This document shows, one piece after another, positions 60,200-64,000 of a stretch of 64,000 bases of DNA. The position numbers and the translations under genes were made by a program. Below the pieces are notes generated by a model. That model had not been told where the DNA came from. It worked only from the letters and a program-made list of their open reading frames with translations, and searched no databases. This DNA is from an uncultured bacterium (GTDB lineage: Bacteria; Patescibacteriota; Saccharimonadia; UBA4664), in contig CAVRET010000002.1 of the NCBI GenBank assembly GCA_963720265.1, positions 328,704 to 392,703 of the forward strand, in the 5' to 3' direction. Each line of letters begins with the position of its first letter. The first letter of the stretch is position 1.

Positions 60200-60604
60200 A
60201 TGAAGTTCAGCCACTTCTTAAATTTGCCGCGTCCCAAGCTCACCGGCGCCAACCTCTTAAACATCATCGGCGCCGTGGTAGTGATCTATTTGCTCGCGGT
60301 CCTGGGCTCGACCATTAAGCACAACTATTCTCTCGACCAACAAGTTACACAGCTTAATTCCCAGATCGCTCAGCTCCAAAAGCAAAAGGCCGCCTTAAAC
60401 AGCAATATCCAATATGAGCAAACCAGCTCCTTTGACGATCGCGAAGCCCGTTCCCAGCTTGGCCTGCAGGCCCCCGGCGAAAAAGTTATCATCATTCCCG
60501 AATCCTCGCCCACTCCCACGCCGGCTGCCGGCAATACGAACGCGCCTACCCAGCCCAAATCCAACTTTCAGCAGTGGCTGACATTCCTTTCCGGCAAGGC
60601 CTAG
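60200..60604 (+). CDS. FtsB/DivIC-like septum-formation initiator (TM + coiled coil + Pro/Thr tail)
   Basis: 'LLNIIGAVVVIYLLAVL' TM followed by 'LDQQVTQLNSQIAQLQKQKAALNSNIQYEQ'. Confidence 0.5.
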   Translation: MKFSHFLNLPRPKLTGANLLNIIGAVVVIYLLAVLGSTIKHNYSLDQQVTQLNSQIAQLQKQKAALNSNIQYEQTSSFDDREARSQLGLQAPGEKVIIIPESSPTPTPAAGNTNAPTQPKSNFQQWLTFLSGKA

Positions 60605-60659
60605 CGGCGCCATACATTGACGCACACCCTCCAACGTGATACACTTATACCCACAATAG

Positions 60660-60736
60660 CGCGGGGTGGAGCAGTTCGGTAGCTCGCTGGGCTCATAACC
60701 CAGAGGTCGCAGGTTCAAATCCTGCCCCCGCTACCA
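60660..60736 (+). tRNA. Initiator tRNA-Met (CAT)
   Basis: Near-identical to canonical bacterial tRNA-fMet: 5' CGCGGGG with unpaired C1, GGG/CCC anticodon stem, anticodon loop CTCATAA. Confidence 0.85.
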
Positions 60737-60754
60737 AAATAGTAATGCTTAAAA

Positions 60755-60781
60755 TTAGCGACCTCTGGTCGCTAATTTCTG
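60755..60781 (+). terminator. Hairpin TTAGCGACC-TCT-GGTCGCTAA followed by TTTCTG, downstream of tRNA-fMet
   Basis: Read directly. Confidence 0.5.
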
Positions 60782-60813
60782 TAATAAGAGATCTATATTT
60801 TTTACCCGATCCA

Positions 60814-60844
60814 TTGCGCTTAAAACGAGAATATGGTATAAAAT
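60814..60844 (+). promoter_or_regulatory. Candidate promoter TTGCGC-17-TGgTATAAA (extended -10) upstream of helicase
   Basis: Hexamers at 60814-60819 and 60837-60842 with TG at 60834-60835. Confidence 0.3.
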
Positions 60845-60930
60845 CACAGTTTCCAGGTTAGTCACAACCTAATGCCTGGTAACGCGGCTTAACAATTTGC
60901 CGCACAACCCCTGCCGTTTCCCCATTCTCC

Positions 60931-60980
60931 GAGGGATGCCTTAGAGCCAGAAATCGCATTTCTGCTCTGGAACATCCCTC
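60931..60980 (+). promoter_or_regulatory. Nested inverted repeat (GAGGGATG...CATCCCTC enclosing CAGAAAT-CGC-ATTTCTG) in the helicase 5' leader
   Basis: Read directly; 40 bp upstream of ATG 61021. Confidence 0.35.
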
Positions 60981-61020
60981 AGCAGATCGCGGGGGAGCAG
61001 CGACACCCAAGGGGTGCTAC

Positions 61021-63456
61021 ATGCCGGACAACCTGGGCGTCGTTATAGAGCCCTTTCCGTACCAACGGGAGTTCCTCGACGCCATCGAAGTTGCACGCGA
61101 TCGCGGCCAAAAGAATATGCTTGGAGTCATGGCCACCGGCCTCGGCAAGACCGTGGTTGCGGCCTTTGACATTAAGCGGCAGCTTGAGCGTCGTCGTGGA
61201 CGGGTACTCTACCTCTGCCACAACAACTACATTCTGGGGCAGGCCCGCAAGACTTTCGAGGCCATCCTGGGACAGTCGTACACGTACGGCTTCTTCCATG
61301 GCACCGAAAAGCACATGCATCACGTCGATGTACTATTCGCCTCGTTTCAAACGATGGCGATCTGGCGTGAGGCATTCTTGCGTGACGAATTCCGGTACAT
61401 TGTGGTCGACGAGTTCCAACACGCTCACGCCGTCACGTTCAGGCCGACCATCGAGTACTTCGAGCCCGAATCAATGCTGGGGCTTACTGCCACACCAGAG
61501 CGCGGAGACGGCCTCGACATCACGACGCTTCTCGGGCGCCCCGTCTTTGAGCTGGGGCTCTTTAAGGCCCTGGGCCGGCGGTACCTGTGTGACGTCGACT
61601 ACCGGATCATGACCGATGAGCTGCAAAGGCTCGAGGTCCTTGATACACCGGTTGGCAAGCTCAGCATCGCCGAACTCAACCGCACTATCTTCGTCCCTAA
61701 GCGGGATGAAGAGATCGCCCGAATCATCATGGAAAAGACGGCAGAAGTAAACGACCCGCGGGTTATGATCTTCTGCGCGTCAATCGCCCACGCCGAGAAT
61801 ATGGCGGCACTCATGCCGCATGCGGTGGTCATTCACTCCAAGCTGAACGGCAAGGAGAAAGACCGACGGCTCGATGGGTTCCGCCATGGCCAGTACAACA
61901 CGGTCATCACGGTCGACATGCTCAACGAGGGCATCGACGTGCCGGAGGCGAACATTATCGTCTTCCTTCGGTCGACATCCTCGCGAACCATCTTCCTCCA
62001 GCAACTCGGCCGCGGCCTGCGCAAGGCTCTCGGCAAGCTGAAGGTCCTGGTGCTCGACTTCGTCGCCAACTGCGAGCGGTTCGAGATGATCGACCAACTG
62101 CAGCAAGGCGTCAGGAACGAGCGTGAGCGACCGCCCAAGGGGCCGGACGACGGTAATGCTGTCGACAGCAGCCGACCCGAACCGCTAACCATTACGCTCG
62201 ACGGCATCACGTTCGACGAGCGTGCGTGGGAACTGTTCAGGGTTATTGCTGTAGTCCGACAAAGTCATGTGCCGCGCTATACCTACACAAGGGAAGCACT
62301 CGCTGCACAACTCATGGCCAAAGCCAGGGGCGGAGTAATGCCATCATTTGCGGAGGTTAGTTCTGATCCCAAAATGGCATCACCTGACACTTTCATGGAC
62401 ACCTTTGACACCACTTGGAACGGCATCGCCCAAGAACTGGGACTTCGGCCAAACCAGCGCTTCGACTACACAAAGGAGGAGCTTACTGCACAACTCATGG
62501 CCAAAGCCAGGGGCGGAGTAATGCCTACGGGTGCCGAAGTTAATGCTGATCCCGCCATGGCCTCTACTCAGGCTTTCTACAACGTTTTCGGCACCACTTG
62601 GAGTGGCATCGCCGAAGGAGTCGGGCTCAAGCCAAACCTGCGAAGGGACTACACAAAGGAGGAGCTGACCACACAACTTCTGCGTAAATCCAGGGAAGGG
62701 GTAATGCCTTCCCAGCGGGAAGTCGACGCCGATCCGACAATGGCGTCGCAAGGTGCATATGTGTCAGTCTTTGGCACCACCTGGAACGGCATCGCAAAAG
62801 CGGTGGGTCTAAAGCCGACCAGGCGGCATGACTATACTAGGGAAGAGCTTACCGCTCAGCTCCGACGGAAGGCTAGGGATGGTGCAATGCCCGCACGCTC
62901 CGCCGTTGATGAGGACCTGGAAATGGCACCGGCCCAAGCTTTTCTGACTGTCTTCAGCACCACCTGGAACGGCATCGCCAAGGAACTAGGACTCAAGGTG
63001 ACGCAACGACGCGATTACACAAAAGCGGAGCTCACCACACAACTCCTTGCCAAAGCACGAAACGGGATAATGCCTACGGTCGCTGAGGTTAATGCCGACC
63101 CCACTATGGCGCGGTTTGAGACCTTCGTGAAAGCTTTCGGCAGCGACTGGGATGGCATAGCCCGCGAACTTGGTCTCAAGCGGGGCGGCCGCAGGACTGG
63201 GACGATGGCATCAGCGCCTCGCGCGCAAGAAGCCGATCCCAAGATAGCGACATTCCCATCGGACGAAGATGAGTATTCCGATGGGGAGCTCTTCGCCTAC
63301 CTCAGGGAGCTCACCATCCGGCTTGTGATGATACCAACGGAAGGAGACATCAACAAGGCTGCTCGTCGCAAAAACGGCATTGACCTTGTAGTTTTTATCC
63401 GGCGGTTCGGATCGCTGTCAGAGGCGCTCGCACGTGCTGGGGTTAGCCGCGGCTGA
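61021..63456 (+). CDS. SF2 DEAD/DEAH-box (ResIII/COG1061-type) helicase fused to 5 tandem 61-aa homing-endonuclease-associated (HNH_repeat-like) repeats plus a divergent terminal copy
   Basis: Motif I 'MATGLGKT', II 'VVDEFQHAH', III 'LGLTATPER', VI 'QQLGRGLRK'; repeats 'DYTKEELTAQL..KAR.GVMP...EV.ADP.MAS...F..VFGTTWNGIA.ELGLKP'; last copy 'FIRRFGSLSEALARAGV'. Confidence 0.8.
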   Translation: MPDNLGVVIEPFPYQREFLDAIEVARDRGQKNMLGVMATGLGKTVVAAFDIKRQLERRRGRVLYLCHNNYILGQARKTFEAILGQSYTYGFFHGTEKHMHHVDVLFASFQTMAIWREAFLRDEFRYIVVDEFQHAHAVTFRPTIEYFEPESMLGLTATPERGDGLDITTLLGRPVFELGLFKALGRRYLCDVDYRIMTDELQRLEVLDTPVGKLSIAELNRTIFVPKRDEEIARIIMEKTAEVNDPRVMIFCASIAHAENMAALMPHAVVIHSKLNGKEKDRRLDGFRHGQYNTVITVDMLNEGIDVPEANIIVFLRSTSSRTIFLQQLGRGLRKALGKLKVLVLDFVANCERFEMIDQLQQGVRNERERPPKGPDDGNAVDSSRPEPLTITLDGITFDERAWELFRVIAVVRQSHVPRYTYTREALAAQLMAKARGGVMPSFAEVSSDPKMASPDTFMDTFDTTWNGIAQELGLRPNQRFDYTKEELTAQLMAKARGGVMPTGAEVNADPAMASTQAFYNVFGTTWSGIAEGVGLKPNLRRDYTKEELTTQLLRKSREGVMPSQREVDADPTMASQGAYVSVFGTTWNGIAKAVGLKPTRRHDYTREELTAQLRRKARDGAMPARSAVDEDLEMAPAQAFLTVFSTTWNGIAKELGLKVTQRRDYTKAELTTQLLAKARNGIMPTVAEVNADPTMARFETFVKAFGSDWDGIARELGLKRGGRRTGTMASAPRAQEADPKIATFPSDEDEYSDGELFAYLRELTIRLVMIPTEGDINKAARRKNGIDLVVFIRRFGSLSEALARAGVSRG
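62272..63186 (+). repeat. Five tandem 183-bp in-frame coding repeats (HNH-associated repeat-like) within helicase gene; sixth degenerate copy 63277..63453
   Basis: Nucleotide-level identity visible, e.g. 'gcacaactcatggccaaagccaggggcggagtaatgcc' at 62300 and 62490. Confidence 0.8.
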
Positions 63457-63586
63457 GTACAGCCTGCAACAAGTACACCCGGGGCCGAGAAGACACAATC
63501 TTCTCGGCCCCCCTCTTTTGCCCTAGTCAATGAGTTAGTGAGACATGTCGATCTTACAGATAAAATTGCCACCAGCCACGTACGAC

Positions 63587-63985
63587 TTACATATTCGATT
63601 TTGCACCTGGTAAGATGCGACCATCCGAACCGCGCCGTTGAATGCCACCATTACAGCCAGGATTGCGGATAACAACACCGTCCTTAATGAGCAATCTTCG
63701 CACTGTTAGACGATCGATATGATACTTAGTCGCCAGTTTACGCAGAGAAAGGCCATTCTGATAATCATCTTTCAGATCGTCGACATTGATTGCCTGTAAC
63801 GCCGAAGAGCGTAAGGGTCTAACAGCAATTTCGTGTGCTTTATATGCAGGTTGATTTTTCAACTCACTCAGCGCAGCATATAAAAGCTTGATGATTGGGC
63901 CGCTCTGATGTCGCCCACCCAGCGCTACCAAGGAATTATTTCCAAAATCAACGGCCGCAGCCGTTTTTTTATTTAGTAAAAGCAT
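63587..63985 (-). CDS. Small HTH-containing protein in AT-rich (foreign-looking) segment
   Basis: 'GLSLRKLATKYHIDRLTVRRLL' helix-turn-helix-like; sharp GC drop after 63460; codon usage unlike the rest of the window. Confidence 0.3.
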   Translation of the reverse strand: MLLLNKKTAAAVDFGNNSLVALGGRHQSGPIIKLLYAALSELKNQPAYKAHEIAVRPLRSSALQAINVDDLKDDYQNGLSLRKLATKYHIDRLTVRRLLIKDGVVIRNPGCNGGIQRRGSDGRILPGAKSNM

Positions 63986-64000
63986 AAGTGTGTTGACTTT

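Noticed and set aside
62272-63456. CRISPR array
   Set aside because: The periodic repeats are 183 bp, in-frame and coding (protein repeats). No short repeat/spacer structure exists anywhere in the window.

Overview
High-GC (~60%) bacterial chromosomal window. Gene content and the many lineage-atypical proteins suggest a reduced-genome monoderm-like bacterium, possibly from the Candidate Phyla Radiation (Saccharibacteria) or an Actinobacteria-like lineage; this is uncertain.

Layout:
- 0.2-16 kb: a cell-envelope glycan locus. It holds four GT-B glycosyltransferases, a Wzx-like flippase, a Wzm/Wzt ABC exporter, two tandem PIG-V-like GT-C mannosyltransferase paralogs, a large secreted triple-repeat protein and an NDP-mannose pyrophosphorylase.
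- 16-30 kb: housekeeping and stress genes. These are a VanW-like protein, lexA, pgeF, a MASE1 membrane protein, a Fur-family regulator divergent from a metal ABC importer (ZnuABC-like), an ogt pseudogene disrupted by a 16-bp tandem duplication, a GNAT acetyltransferase, and a second Fur paralog divergent from a CooC/MinD-type P-loop ATPase. An AT-rich islet next to tRNA-Asn follows.
- 30-37 kb: an HdeD-like protein, an OmpR/histidine-kinase two-component pair with a MacB-type ABC exporter, and hydrolases.
- 37-45.4 kb: an F-type ATP synthase operon (b, delta, alpha, gamma, beta, epsilon). It lacks atpB in the window. It is preceded by an odd secreted protein whose C-terminus resembles a c subunit. 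An antisense orphan gene and a 348-bp spacer interrupt it between atpG and atpD.
- 45-57 kb: an ABC-2 exporter, a DsbA-like protein, an adenylation enzyme, and a NOX/ferric-reductase-like + ApbE + FMN-bind module (extracytosolic flavinylation).
- 57-64 kb: a variable, partly AT-rich region. It contains small orphan ORFs, an IS1595-family transposase, tRNA-Ile(UAU), an ftsB-like gene and initiator tRNA-Met. A large SF2 helicase carries ~5.5 tandem homing-endonuclease-associated repeats, and the window ends in an AT-rich HTH gene.

Many six-frame ORFs that overlap real genes on the opposite strand are high-GC artefacts and were ignored. All domain assignments are from motif recognition by eye; no database search was run.
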